A stretch of 41,959 nucleotides of DNA from Basidiobolus meristosporus CBS 931.73. Lineage: Eukaryota; Fungi; Basidiobolomycota. Shown here one piece after another: positions 1-12,387 of this stretch (its first letter is position 1; each line of letters opens with the position of its first letter). The translations under genes were made by a program, and so were the position numbers. A model generated the notes under the pieces. The model was not told the origin of the DNA. It did not search any database and saw only the letters and a program-made list of their open reading frames with translations. The stretch covers positions 1-41,959 of the forward strand of contig MCFE01000725.1 in NCBI GenBank assembly GCA_002104905.1. Reading direction: 5' to 3'.

Positions 1-462
1 CTAGCTCCTGTAGCTTGTATCATGTCACAAAAATGAATGGCACTATCTTGGTCCACTGGTACTATCTGGCACTATATTTAAATATTAGCCCTAAAGTAAG
101 ATCTATACAAAGCACTTATAGTGCCAGATAGTACCAGTGAACCAAGATAGTGCCATTCATTTTTGTGACATGATACAAGCTACAGGAGCTAAATTCAGAG
201 TGCCATGGGTATTGAGTACCAGATGCATATCTTCAATCTGCTTGCGCTCTAACATATCCTGCACAACATTGATCCAAAAAAAAGGTCAAAAAATGGATTT
301 TCTCCAACACATGGGGTGAAACACAGGGGCTGCTTTGCATGAAGATGCAGAGCTATGTTTCACACTCTGTGGCCAGGTAGAGGCTCACTTGGCCTCTCTG
401 GCACACTATGGCATCATTTGGCACTGATGGCTCAATGTGGCACTATCTAACGGAACAAGTCT
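1..462. mobile_element. Foldback MITE copy A (left part cut off by window start)
   Basis: 1-72 is the reverse complement of ~121-192 around a ~40-bp spacer. Ends in ...CTAACGGAACAAGTCT, the family terminal inverted repeat (TIR), followed by ACT. Confidence 0.9.
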
Positions 463-769
463 ACTATGTAGTTAGCAAAGATAACAAGCTGCTCAGTTAT
501 AAACTGGTTGAGCATATTCCCCATGCATCTCTGATTTGAGCCATAGATATTGTAGCCCCTTTGCAGAGTCTTGTTGTCATTAACCGCTCAAATGGTGTTT
601 GCAGTGGAAACCACTATCCCGTTAGTTTCTGCCCCAAATATTAGTATTGTGCTCATATCCTGCTTACCCTGATTAGTTATCAGCATTAGTTTTTCCAAAT
701 GTTATAGAGCTTTGTGATTGTACAATATATCTTCATCAGGCAAGCTCTGCATCAGTGACAATAACACAT

Positions 770-1345
770 GACATAGGTTTGTGCTGCCATCCCTACCATT
801 TCAATACTATATATGGTATCTCTTTGTTACAAAGGCTTTAGACTACTGATCCCTGATTGATTGGATGTGCTGTGCCTATTAGAACCTTCCAGGACCTACT
901 TAGAATATTCTTAGCATGAATTGAGGCCAGCAAAAATTCTACTGATGCCTGGAATCTTCTAGAACTATATCATTAGGGATCACTTGGCAATCACAAGAAG
1001 TATTTGAAGGAAGTAAATCCCACACTGATAAATCACCACTTCTATCAGTAACACTTCTCCCTTATTGCATAGCAGTTGATCACTGCACCTACCTTATCAG
1101 TTATGCATATTCTATCTTATTGGTATTATCCAAATTTTATTGGTGTCATCCCCATCTGATGTTACTTCTGATTAGTATCCCAGATGTTATTCAGCTTTGC
1201 AACCCCTATATCTATCTATGTTAAGCAAGTACTTGCATTGGAAAAATATTTGAGGAAAGTCAATCCCTCATCAATAAATCATTCCTTCTATTGGTACCAC
1301 TTCTCCCCTATTGATTAGCAGTTGATCACTGAACCCACCTCCAAC
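770..1345. repeat. Degenerate LTR-derived sequence with a ~95-bp imperfect direct repeat (~1001-1095 and ~1247-1342)
   Basis: 770-960 resembles the reverse complement of 24170-24320 (family-C LTR). The motif ...TATTG(C/AT)TAGCAGTTGATCACTG occurs twice. Confidence 0.5.
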
Positions 1346-1622
1346 AGTTATACCTCAGACCTGCTTGAGTTGTGTAGCTTCTCCCAGGAGTACCTTGACA
1401 CCACCACAGCACTTGCTCTGAGGGTCTAATCTAGTCAGATGTTAAGGATCCATCAGTTGGATATGTATGCAATGGTGCAAACTTCTGTTCAACTGTATTG
1501 TATCTTGCTTCACTATGGCTCTCTGCTCCTCTATACCTAGTGAGCAGCTTTGACTGTTAAGCTGTATGTTATATTACATTTCACATCTTTGTTTGTGACA
1601 ATTCATGGCTCTAGTAAGTAGT

Positions 1623-1843
1623 AGACTTGTTCTGTTGGATAGTGCCACATTGAGTCATGAGAACCAAATGATACCATAGTGTGCCAGAGAGGCCAAGTTA
1701 ACCTATGCTTGGCCACAGAGTTTGAAGCATAGCTCTGCATATTCATGCAAAGCAGCCCCTATGTTTCACCCATTGTGTTGGAGAAAGTTCACTTTTGACC
1801 TTTTTTTTTATGTCTTTGTAGTGCAAGATGTGTAAAAGTACAA
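1623..1843. mobile_element. Foldback MITE copy B (truncated left arm)
   Basis: Starts AGACTTGTTCTGTTGGATAGTGCCACAT after AGT and aligns with the arm of copy E for ~220 bp. It then switches to family-C LTR-like sequence. Confidence 0.85.
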
Positions 1844-1844
1844 A

Positions 1845-3115
1845 CTTGAGAAATAACTAAAATATATGTAAGTAATAAATACTTTGAGTATCCCTCTCAA
1901 GTGTTGGCATAAAGGTCAGTTAGCTGTTGACATGGTTTCCTGGAAGTGTCTTGTGGAATGATATTAGAGGTTCATGTGTCAGCAGCTGCATCAATTGTGG
2001 TATCCAAGAGAAAAGTGTGATAAAGCTGTTGAATGGTTTGACTGAACCAAAGGGACAATTAAGTCCAGAATCTTGGGATTGCCAGGGAAGTAGTAGAAAT
2101 ATTAGCCAAAAGGTTCTGGTCTGATATTGGTATTTCATATAGTTGGGCTTGGTTATAAAGGCAAGCAGCTAGCTTGCTATACAGGCTAGGCTTGGTGTTT
2201 TTAAAAGTGCAATCTGTGCTAGGCTTGGGTGGAGACTGGAACAGAATTGTTGAATTCTTCTTTTTTCCCCAGACTCAATTTTAATTTTGCTGAGAAACAC
2301 ATTAAGCCAAAAGGTCAGTAAGCTTGATAAATACTTTTCTGATCAAGTTGGATTTTAAGCACCAAGATATTGAATCAATTGAAATCTGTGTGGGTGCTGA
2401 TAGGTGCACAAGATAAACAAAAATTGCATCATCAATCAGCTGATGTATTGGCAACTGCTGGGTGGCTGGAACAGGTACAGATGACTAATTGCCTAGAAAG
2501 ACTTGGCATGTTACATTGAGGATGTAATGACCACATAGAAATTGATTAGTTGTGACAGAAAAAAATAAAATCCAAGAAGTGACAAATTATCCATAGCTGG
2601 GATTAGTTATGTTTGGGCTAGGGAAAATTGGTTAGGGGACTTGAACTTTTAACTTGGTAGGATTGGCCAAGTGTTTAAGTTTTGATGCAAAACATCACTG
2701 CCTACTGGAAGAGGAGTCTTCTGATAACTTATATGCTCCCCTGCAGCTCAATATTGCTCAATATTGCTAACATTGTTGGAGTTGGTGTAAGGATCCCAAG
2801 TGCTGGGTTTGGCACCTAATCTTTATACTTAACTAAATAAAGGCAACTTGGTTCTTCTCCATCATGGTCTACAATATCTTTAACTACTTAGGATTTTGAA
2901 GTTACTGGGTTTCAGATTCCAGTTTGAGTAAAGAAGGTGGAAAGATCTTGGGTTGCAGTGCTCCAGTATTGCTGTGAGGTATATAAGATCCTCCAGTAGT
3001 GCATCTAACAACCTCAAATGAGCTTTTGTAATTGGGGTGAAATATAGATTGTCAGATTGTCATGACATATTACCCATCTGGGAAGCTGCTGCTGTTGTAT
3101 CTTGAGGTAATATGG
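1845..3115 (-). mobile_element. Family-C LTR fragment followed by a very degenerate, probably retroelement-derived remnant
   Basis: ~1845-1955 resembles 23870-23965. The remainder is CpG-free with no long ORF; its identity is uncertain. Confidence 0.35.
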
Positions 3116-6100
3116 TGTTACAAGTCTTGGTATAAGAGTTGTAGAAGAATAGGGAGTTTAGCTAGTATTGTATTCACTAAAGCTTTAACTGATCTTTACT
3201 GAGATTCCAGCAGCTCCTTATATACATTTTGCCAGATCAATTGCTGACTAATTGTGTTTCCTAATGTAGGCTATGGCTGATGACTCATTTGATTGCATCA
3301 TCATCACCAAATAAGATCCTACCTGGTATATCAATTTTTGTCTGATAAGGATCTGCTGATTCATTTGCTGACTAATGCTACTGATTTGATATATATAACT
3401 GATATACTGATAACCTAAACATATAACCAGTTGATTTGACTAAAAACTGATCTAACTTCAGCATTCAAGTGGCAGATCATAATATTCTCCCATACTAAAG
3501 TTGAGAGGTTCTCCTGATTATTTTTTCTTGTGATACCAATATCTTGATAGTTAAGTATTATCAGCAAGTCTTGCAAGCTTGAGTCTGTCCCTATGCACTA
3601 AGTCTTCCCAGATATTGCCTTGTTTATCCACTAGTTGGTAAGTTGCAAATGGACATTCTCTGATGATCTTGATTGGTCCTGTCTATTGTGGCTCAAACTT
3701 CTGCCAAGTGTTGCTTCTTAGTAATACAAAGTTCCCAACTGTCAATGATTATGGTGCTATAGTCTTATCAAATCTCTGCATCATATTTTCTGCACTTTGA
3801 GATACTTTGGTCTGTGCCTCTTGACGTCTTTGTTCCCGTTGCTGGTGTCTACTTGGCTGCCTGAGTTCATCTTCTATGGTGTCTGTGAGCTTTGGTTGTG
3901 TGAGATCTCCTGGAATCCTAGGTTCACATCCAGACACTAAGTAAAATGGCAATTGCTGGGTGGTATTGTGTACTCTGACTCTGCATGGAAAGAGTGCTTG
4001 GTCTATATACTCATCCCATCTACTGACAACTCCATTTGCATACTTGGTCAGCATTTTTCCAAATAATCCATTCAACCGTTCAGTGACTTCATTAGTTCTG
4101 GGGTGATATGCCAAGGTTTTCAAGTGTTTGATCTGCTGCACTTCCAGGTAAGCTTCCAGTGTCTTGCCATAAAGGTTGCACCTCTATTGGATGGAATCTC
4201 TATAGGGCATCCAAATTTCATAAGGATCTCATGGTAGATGAAGCTTACAACTTCTTGTTCACTGGCTATAGGTATGGCTTAGCAACTGGCCATTTGGTGG
4301 CATGGTCAATTGCTACTAGGATCCAACAGTTGCATTTCCTGGTAGTTGGCAGTCTTCAAATAAAGTCAATTCCCCATCTTTTAAATGGTCTTACAGGCTC
4401 CAAGGGAAAAAGTACAGCAATGCTCTGTGGTTGGCCTTGGTTGATTTGGCAATTTAGGCATGTTTTCACTAGCTTCTCAAGGTCTTGCTTCATTCTGGGC
4501 CACCATGATCTGGCTTTCACAAGGCTATAGATTCCTTCAATTCCAAGATGTCCATATCCATTGTGTAGCTTATGTATTAAATCCAGGCAAGAAACATAAG
4601 GGCAATAGGCAATAGGGCTTCCATCAAAAATTTGGTAGAGTGTTTCATTCTGTACAACAAATTTGCTGGCTTCATCACGGATTATCTTCTTGATATCTTC
4701 ATCCACCTCATTAGGAATGGCTTAGTCCTCCAAGTACTTTGGTAATAGGCTAGGCCAATCTGATTCATGCACCAAGTTGAGTTGTGCAACTTGATCTAAT
4801 CTTGATAAGGCATCAGCAACCATGTTGTTTTTTCCAGGACAGTAGACAAACTCCAGGTCAAATTGCTGAATGTATTCACTCCATCTTGTCATTCTTCTAG
4901 AGAGTACCTTCTGAGTAAATATACACTTGAGGGAGGCATGATCAGTCTTCATAGTGCATTTGACTCCTTCAATATAGCATCTCCATATCTTCAAACAGTG
5001 TATTATAGCAAGCATCTTCTTCTTGTGCACTGGAGAGCTTTGTTCTGCTGAACTCAGTATCTTGGATTCAAAGGCAACAGGGTAGTCCTTTCCCTTGTGT
5101 TCATGACTCAACACTCCACCAATTGCATAATCTGAAGCATCCATGCACTGAGTAAACTCTTTTCTGAAGTCAGGTATTCTTAAGCTTGGTTGTTTAGCAA
5201 GTTCATTTTTGAGCATCTGAAAGGCAGTCTCACAAGCTATGTCCCACTTATAGGTGTTGTCTTTCTTGAGGATATCAATTAAAGGGGCTGCAATACTTGC
5301 AAAGGACTTGACAAATCTCCAATAATACAAAACCATTCCAAGGAATGATCTGAGCTCTGATGTGCTATGGGGCTGCTTCAGGTTCTTGATAGCTTCAACC
5401 TTCTTAGGGTCTAAGGTCACTCCTGTGCTAGTCACTATGTGTCTCAGGTACTCAACATGTTCCTTGAAGAATTCACACTTGGCTAGCTTGCCATATAGCT
5501 TGTTTTCTCTTGGCTTCTTCAAGACATTTTAATGTGCCCCACATGATCCTCTTCTGTATTGCTGTATATCAATATGTCATCCAGGTAGATTATCACAGAC
5601 TTGTCTAAGTACTCCTGGAAGACAGTCTGCATCAGTGCCAAGTTCCCAGGTTTTCATTGACTCTACCATGGTACCAGTTGACTTTCACACTGAAGTTGCT
5701 CTTGACAGGGTTCTGCTAGCTTTGGGCCATGGTAGTCATTCCTTGTTGTTGCTGGCTAAGGAGCTGTAGTGACTGTTGCTGCCGGGCCAGGATTTGCTGC
5801 ATAGCATTCTTTCATTCTTAATTTTTGGACATCTTGAGCAAGGCTTCTTCTTTCTTGAGGAGGGAGGTCTCTGATTATTTCTACTACCAATGTTACAAGT
5901 CTTGGTATAAGAGTTGTAGAAGAATAGGGAGTTTAGCTAGTATTTTATTCACTAAAGCTTTAACTGATCTTTATTGAGATTCCAGCAGCTCCTTATATAC
6001 ATTTTGCCAGATCAATTGCTGACTAATTGTGTTTCCTAATGTAGGTTGTGGCTGATGACTCATTTGATTGCATCATCATCACTCAATAAGATCCTACTTA

Positions 6101-6259
6101 GTATATCTATTTCTGTCTCATAAGGATCTGTTGATTCATTTACTGACTAATGCTACTGATTTGATAGAAAATAGTGATATACTGATAACCTAAATGTATA
6201 ACTAACAGATTTGAGTAAAAACTGATCTAACTTAAACATTTAAGCGGCAGATCATAACA
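3116..6259 (-). mobile_element. Ty3/gypsy element (family E), internally deleted, with two ~368-bp LTRs (3116-3484, 5891-6259)
   Basis: Direct-repeat LTRs TGTTACAAG...ATCATAA(C/T)A. A TGGTAG primer-binding site (PBS) lies next to the 5' LTR on the minus strand, and a purine tract lies next to the 3' LTR. Pol fragments lie between them. No matching TSD. Confidence 0.9.
3530..5640 (-). pseudogene. Gypsy pol remnant (RT with YLDD, RNase H, integrase)
   Basis: ORFs 4722-5522 (LYGKLAKCEF..., DASDYAIGGVL, NMVADALSR), 4356-4706 (H..GHLG zinc-binding region, WGIDFI) and 3749-4141 (YHPRTN...ERLN). Stops and frameshifts are present. The gag start is fused to mid-RT at ~5640. Confidence 0.9.
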
Positions 6260-6629
6260 TTACTTTAGGGCTAGTATTTGAATACAGTACCAGATAGTAC
6301 AAATGGTCCAAGAAAGTGATATACATTTTTGTGACATGTTACAAGCTGTAGGAGCTAGATTCAGAGTGCCACAGGTATTGAGTACACAATAGATATCTTC
6401 AGTCCTTCTGTTCTCTAGCACATCCTGCACAACATTGATCCCAAAAAAAAGTTTGAAAATTAAATTTCCCTCAGCACAATGGGTAAAACTTAGGGGCTGC
6501 TTTGTATGAACATGAAGAACTAGGTTTTGCACTCTGTGGCCAAATATAGGCCAACTTGGCCTCCCTGGCACACTACAGTATAATTTGGAGCTAATAGCTC
6601 AATGTGGCACTATCTAATGGTACAAGTCT
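6260..6629. mobile_element. Foldback MITE copy C (part of spacer plus right arm, diverged)
   Basis: Begins inside the spacer (TTACTTTAGGGCTA). Ends ...CTAATGGTACAAGTCT followed by ATT. Confidence 0.85.
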
Positions 6630-6648
6630 ATTCTCTGAGTGCATTGAA

Positions 6649-6894
6649 TGTTATGAATAGGTACAAGGCAGGGGAGTAGAGCTAGACAAGGCACAATCTT
6701 GAATGGACTTATGTGTGGATCACCTATATAAACTCCAATGTGAAGCTTCCATAAAATCTTCTGTTGTGGAATGCTGCCATGGCTTTTCTAGAATTTGCTG
6801 GAATGTAGTAGAACTCTTTAGAAAGAGCCATGATTTCTTCATCAACTTGATTTGGCCAGGCCATGAAAGCTCAAATATGTCATGTGATCATGAA
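6649..6894. repeat. Degenerate LTR related to the family-B gypsy LTR
   Basis: Starts TGTTATGAATAG like 18184 and ends ...ATGTGATCATGAAA like 28884. Shorter than the other copies. Confidence 0.55.
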
Positions 6895-7088
6895 AATGAA
6901 GACTCACTGCATCCTGCTTACACAATCTGCCCGTGGTAAAAGGATTGAGGTTACTACATATCTGGCTTGAAAACACACAGCTAAGACCACTACCAGCAGG
7001 TAACAAGCTCAAGTTACTTAATTATATGAGTTGTGCACCTATAGATTTGTTTGCTTTGACCATGGCTTACAGCTGAGAGGAGGATGAA

Positions 7089-7545
7089 TGTGGTGGTGTT
7101 GTAGTAGCACCCACTGACAAATGCGCCCATTGTTATATCTTCTACTATACTACTTCCTACTACCATTATTTTAGTTTATCTTGTTTGTCTTATCTGTTCT
7201 GTACTATCCCATAAGCCTTCTGACAATGACACCTGCTTCTTTTATTGCATAAGTTATCTTTTACTTTATCTATGAATACTGTATGTAAGTGCTTCTATGA
7301 TAGGCAAGTACCTGTGCCAGTATTGATGGCTCATGACTAGACAGTGTCATTATCTCTGCCATATTCATCCCATATATGACTTCCATATGATACATAGCTT
7401 TCAGGACACCAATCTCTGATTATTTAGATGTGCTGTTCATCTTGAAGCATTCCAGCATCTACTCGGAGCATTCTTAGCTCATTCTGAAGTCACGCAAATT
7501 TCTAGTGACCTCTGGAACCTTCTGGAGCACCATGTAAAGTAAATA
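7089..7545. repeat. Diverged LTR fragment related to family C, inverted relative to 23488-24558
   Basis: CACCCACTGACA...TTATTTTAGTTTATC...TATCCCATAAGC matches the reverse complement of ~24420-24540. Confidence 0.55.
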
Positions 7546-8319
7546 CTTGGCCAGTAAGAAAAGTATATATGGGAGTCAATCAATCAACAATAAATAAGCA
7601 TCCCTTGCATCAGTATACCAACTTATTGATTGATGTAACCACTGCTTCTATTTGCTGCCTGATCTTGCAATCTCAGACACAGGAGACTCCCATAAAACTA
7701 TGCCTACTGTGTACTGTATGTGACGAATACTCTGAGTTGGTATCTTTTATTATATTTGATTCTTTCCAAAATGTTTTCTTGTGCAGACAGTGGTACTATT
7801 CTATCTTTATGATTTTTGACCATAGCTACATCCCTATGATGTCCCAGCTGGTAGAGTATGCAGCTGTTTTAATATTGAAAGTTTTATCACATCATCATCT
7901 AAATGGATCCTGAGCCACTGATATACTTTTGTAAATATTTCCACTTTGATTGGTATACAACTACAAAATTTGCAGAGCTGACCAAGCTTTATTAAATAGA
8001 TTGCACTCAAAATGCTAATTTTGCCAGTACTTTGGTACCAGACTCTAGTATATTGGTATCTCAAGTTGGAGTGCTTGGGGGATATGTGATTAATCACAAC
8101 TCTTCAGATCCAATCCACAGCAATCAAATATCAAGAAGTTTTCCCTCCCACTGCAACAAGATATGTATATAACAGTATAAAGTAAGTGTATTTCACTTTG
8201 AACCTAAACCTCAATATTTGGAATTAAACTATTTTCTTCAGAATTGGTAGAGTATTAACGTACTATATTTTCTGACATATTAACATGCCACTTTCATTGA
8301 CTCTACTTTATAGTTAGCT

Positions 8320-8520
8320 TGACTAGTTATGGAGAGCATCTTTTTGTGGCAGGGCCTTCTTCTCAAAAGCAAAGTGCTTATAAACATAGTCCTTTAGTAG
8401 CAATATTGCTACTTAACTTTAACACAACAATAGTGAGGAAACTCTTTCTCCCAACTAGCAGAGACACATCCAAAGCTATGTTGACACAAAGCAGAGAGCA
8501 AGCTTGGGGCTCATAATTGG
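8320..8520 (-). pseudogene. Highly degenerate copia PBS/gag-start remnant
   Basis: GCTTGGGGCTCATAA is the reverse complement of the family PBS/ATG region. LTR-like fragments follow at ~8750-8830. Confidence 0.4.
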
Positions 8521-9049
8521 TTATAATTCTCTGAGGCTTATTGGAAGTTGTATGGAGAACTAAAGCATCCACATGTTATTCACTTGTACAATAATTGATC
8601 CAAACTATTGCATTTAAACTTTTGATTGTTGCAATATTCTGTAGAGTATTGGAGGTGATGTAGAGGACTAGAGAATTTGCATGTTATTCACTTGTAGATT
8701 TAGTGATCAAAAGTATGGTATTTATACTTTGGATATAGTGGAGCAAGCATACATGTTGAGTGTGTTAAGGAAGGCCCCAAGAATGTATGTGTAAAGTGTG
8801 GGGGCTTTTAGACAACTTTGAAAAAGATCAAATGCTGGGCACCTGATAACTTGGCAAAAACATTTCAAGTAATTTGCAACAAGAAATTTGTTCAGGGCAG
8901 AAGGCTAATCAAAGAATAATATCTATTTGCCTAAGTTAGCGTGAATTTTATGCAACAACTTAATAATTGCAATATTGATATATAGGGCAAGCAAGTATAT
9001 AGAGCTTGTCAAGGGAGTGTGGTAATCCAATGTATTCCATTACTACAAT

Positions 9050-9756
9050 AGACTTGTTCTGTTGGATAGTGCCACATTGAGCCATTAGTGCTAAACAATG
9101 CCATAGGGTGCCAGGGAGGCCAAGTGAACCTATACTTGGCCACAGAGTGTTAAACATAGCTCTGCATCTTCATGCATAGCAGCCCCTGTGTTTCATCCAT
9201 GATGAAGGAGAAAATCCATTTTTGGATCTTTTTTTGGGTCAGTGGTGTGCAGGATGTGTAAGAGCACAGAAGAACGGAAGACATGCATCAGGTACTCAAT
9301 ACCCATGGCACTCTGAATCTAGCACCTGTGGCTTGTAACATGTCACAAAAATGCTTGGTACTATCTTGGTCCACTGGTTCTATATGGCACTATAAGTGTG
9401 TTGTATAGATCTTACTTTAGGGCTAATATTTAAATATAGTGCCAGATAGTACCAGTGCACCAAGATAGTGCTGTTCATTTTTGTGACATGATACAAGCTA
9501 CAGGAGCTAGATTCAGAGTGCCATGGGTATTGAGTACCAGATGCATATCTTCAATCTGCTTGTGCTCTAACACATCCTGCACAACATTGATCCAAAAAAA
9601 AGGTCAAAAAATGGATTTTCTCCAACACATGGGGTGAAACACCGGGGCTGCTTTGCATGAAGATGCAGAGCTATGTTTCACACTCTGTGGCCAGGTAGAG
9701 GCTCAATTGGCCTCTCTGGCACACTATGGCATCACTTGGCACTCATGGCTCAATGT
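9050..9756. mobile_element. Foldback MITE copy D (lacks the last ~24 bp of the right TIR)
   Basis: Left TIR after AAT, both arms and the spacer are present. The right end is fused to the interior of a copia LTR. Confidence 0.9.
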
Positions 9757-11301
9757 TTTATACTTTTACATGGTCTTGGCATTACACACACACAGAATAA
9801 GATAAGGAAGGTCCCAAGAACATGTGTGCAAAGTTTGGGGCTGTTTGGACAACTTTAAGAATTTTCATGTTCTGGGTACCTGGTATTTTGGTGAAAATAT
9901 TCCAAGTCCCAACAAGGAATTTGGTTGGTATTCTCTAGGATAAGAAGGTAATGATTCAAGTGACTAAGTTAGGTGAATATTTAGGTGGAAATACAAATTT
10001 TTACAACACTTCCACTCAGCTAAATGTTCATACTGACTAGTCCTAATTTTGACCTAAGATATTCAAACTTGTCTCTAGCTAATGGTTTGGTAAATATGTC
10101 TGCAGTCATTTCATCTGTAGGACAGTAAAGTAAGCTAACTAAGTTATTCTCTATAGCTTCACATATGAAATAATCTCTAATATCTATGTGCTTAGTTCTA
10201 GCATTAAAAGTTGGATTTTGACCTAATTGTGTACATCCTTGATTATCTTGAAATAAAGTAATAGGCATCTTTGGACATAGGCCTAAATCTGTAAAAAGTT
10301 TTCTTAACCACATTGCTTCTTTTCTAGTTTCACAGGCTGCCATATACTCTGCTTCTGTGGTGGAAAGTGCTACAGTTGGTTGCTTTCTTGAATTCCTTGA
10401 AATTGCTCCTTTACAGTAAAGAAAGGTGTATCCTATGGTGGATCTTCTGTCTTCAAGATTTTGTCCCCAATCAGCATCAGAGTATCCCACAAGATCCTGT
10501 TCTGAGTCCTTATAAGTGTATCTTAAGCATATATCAGCAGTTCCTTTTAGGTATCTAAAAATCCACTTAACTGCTGCAATTGATCAGATCCATAGTTCTG
10601 ATTATGTTTGCTGACAACTCCCACTGAATATGAGATATCTGGACGTGTTCCTAGCATGATATACATCAGACTGCTGACCATAGATTGATAAGGAAAGTCA
10701 GGGCTTTCAGATGGCACCAAGCTCTCTTGATTTGGTTGAGTTTTAACCAAATTAAGGTTTGTCTCCATTGGGGTAGCTACCAGTTTACAGTCTTCCATTT
10801 GGTGCTTCTTTAGTATATGTTGAATATACTTGGATTGGCTTAGGGTAATAGTCTGGGTACTTCTGTCTATGGAGAACTTAATCTCTAAGTAGTAACTAAG
10901 TTCTCCTAGATCGGACATCTTGAACTCCTTAGATAGGCTGGATTTAGTCTCTTCCAATGTTTCTAGGTTATAGGTGGCTATAATAAGATCACCCACATAT
11001 AGAGCTAATAGAACTGGATTTGCTCTATCTGACCTATAGGGTATGCTATAGTCAACATTACTCCTTCTGAAACTTGGATATTTCAAATAGGAATATATCT
11101 TGCAACTCCAGGCTCTTGGTGATTGTTTGAAACCATATAGTGTGTTTTTAAGCTTGCAGACCAAATGGGGGTTAACTTGGTCAACAAACCCATCAGGCTG
11201 GTCCATATACACGTCCTCATCAAGTTCTCCATTCAAAAATGCAGTTTTTACATCCATTTGATGAATAAAAAACTTATATTTGGCTGCAATACGCAATATA
11301 A

Positions 11302-12387
11302 TGTTGTAAGAGTCTTGGAGATATTGGAAGTGATTTGAGGGGACAAGTAGATTAGACTTGTTCTGTTTGATAGTGCCACATTGAGGCATGAGTGCCAAAT
11401 GATGCCATAGTGTGCCAGAGAGGCCAAGTGAGCCTCTACCTGGCCACAGTGTGTGAAACATAGCTCTGCATCTTCATGCAAAGCAGCCCCTGTGTTTCAC
11501 CCATTGTGCTGGAGAAAATCCATTTTTTGCCCTTTTTTTTTGGATCAATGTTGTGCAGGATGTGTTAGAGCACAAGCAGATTGAACATATGCATCTGGTA
11601 CTCAATACCAATGGTACTCTGAATCTAGCTCCTGTAGCTTGTATCATGTCACAAAAATGAACGGCACTATCTTGGTGCACTGGTACTATCTGGCACTATA
11701 TTTAAATATTAGCCCTAAAGTAAGATCTGTACAAAGCACTTATAGTGCCAGATAGTACCAGTGGACCAAGATAGTGCCATTCATTTTTGTGACATGATCC
11801 AAGCTACAGGAGCTAGACTCAGAGTGCCATGGGTATCAAGTACCAGATGCATATCTTCAGTTCTGCTGTGCTCTGACACATCCTGAGCTACATTGATCCA
11901 CAAAAAAAGGTCAAAAAATGGATTTTCTCCTGCGCAATGGGTGAAACACAGGGGCTGCTTTACATAAAGATGCAGAGCAATGTTTCACACTCTGTGGCCA
12001 AGTATAGGCTCACTTTACCTCTCTGGCATACTATGGCATCATTTGGCACTCATGGCTCAATGTGGCACTATCCAACGGAACAAGTCTATTATGTGGCTTT
12101 CACTTAATGATTTATTGAATGAAAAAGTAGTATTTATACTTTTACCTGGTCTTGGCATTACAAACACGTAGAATAGGTTAAGGAAGGCCCCAAGAACATG
12201 TGTGAAAAGTTTGGGGCTGTGTGGACAACTTTGAGAATTTTCATGTTCTGGGTACCTGGTATTTTGGTTAAAATATTCCAAGTAAATCCCACAAGGAATT
12301 TGGTCAGTGTTCACTAGGATTTGAGGGTGATGATCTAAGTGACTAAGCTAGGTGAATATTTAGGTGGAATTACAAATTTTTTTAACA
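11302..12387 (-). mobile_element. Copia solo LTR inserted into the RT region of the same family; itself split by MITE copy E
   Basis: TGTTGTAAG...TTTAACA flanked by TATAA/TATCA (5-bp TSD, one mismatch). Removing it restores the RT frame (IRLILRIAAKY). Confidence 0.85.
11354..12087. mobile_element. Foldback MITE copy E, complete (734 bp), TSD ATT
   Basis: Arms of ~347 bp around a ~40-bp spacer. The empty site is visible in other LTR copies (ACAAGTAG-ATT-ATGTGG at ~15120 and ~40170), which defines the 3-bp TSD. Confidence 0.95.

Noticed and set aside
137-319. Recurrent 60-70 aa ORFs (also 9455-9637, 11474-11680, 9673-9858, 11980-12171)
   Set aside because: They recur only because they lie in MITE arms. 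Starts and stops vary between copies and there is no protein motif.
1623-6629. MITE copies B and C as one element split by the gypsy insertion
   Set aside because: Plausible but unsupported: the outer flanks differ (AGT vs ATT), part of the left arm is missing and the gypsy has no TSD.
10547-11461. 304-aa ORF that looks like an RT with a novel N-terminus
   Set aside because: It is a chance read-through from a MITE arm through LTR sequence into a copia RT fragment; the TSDs explain both junctions.
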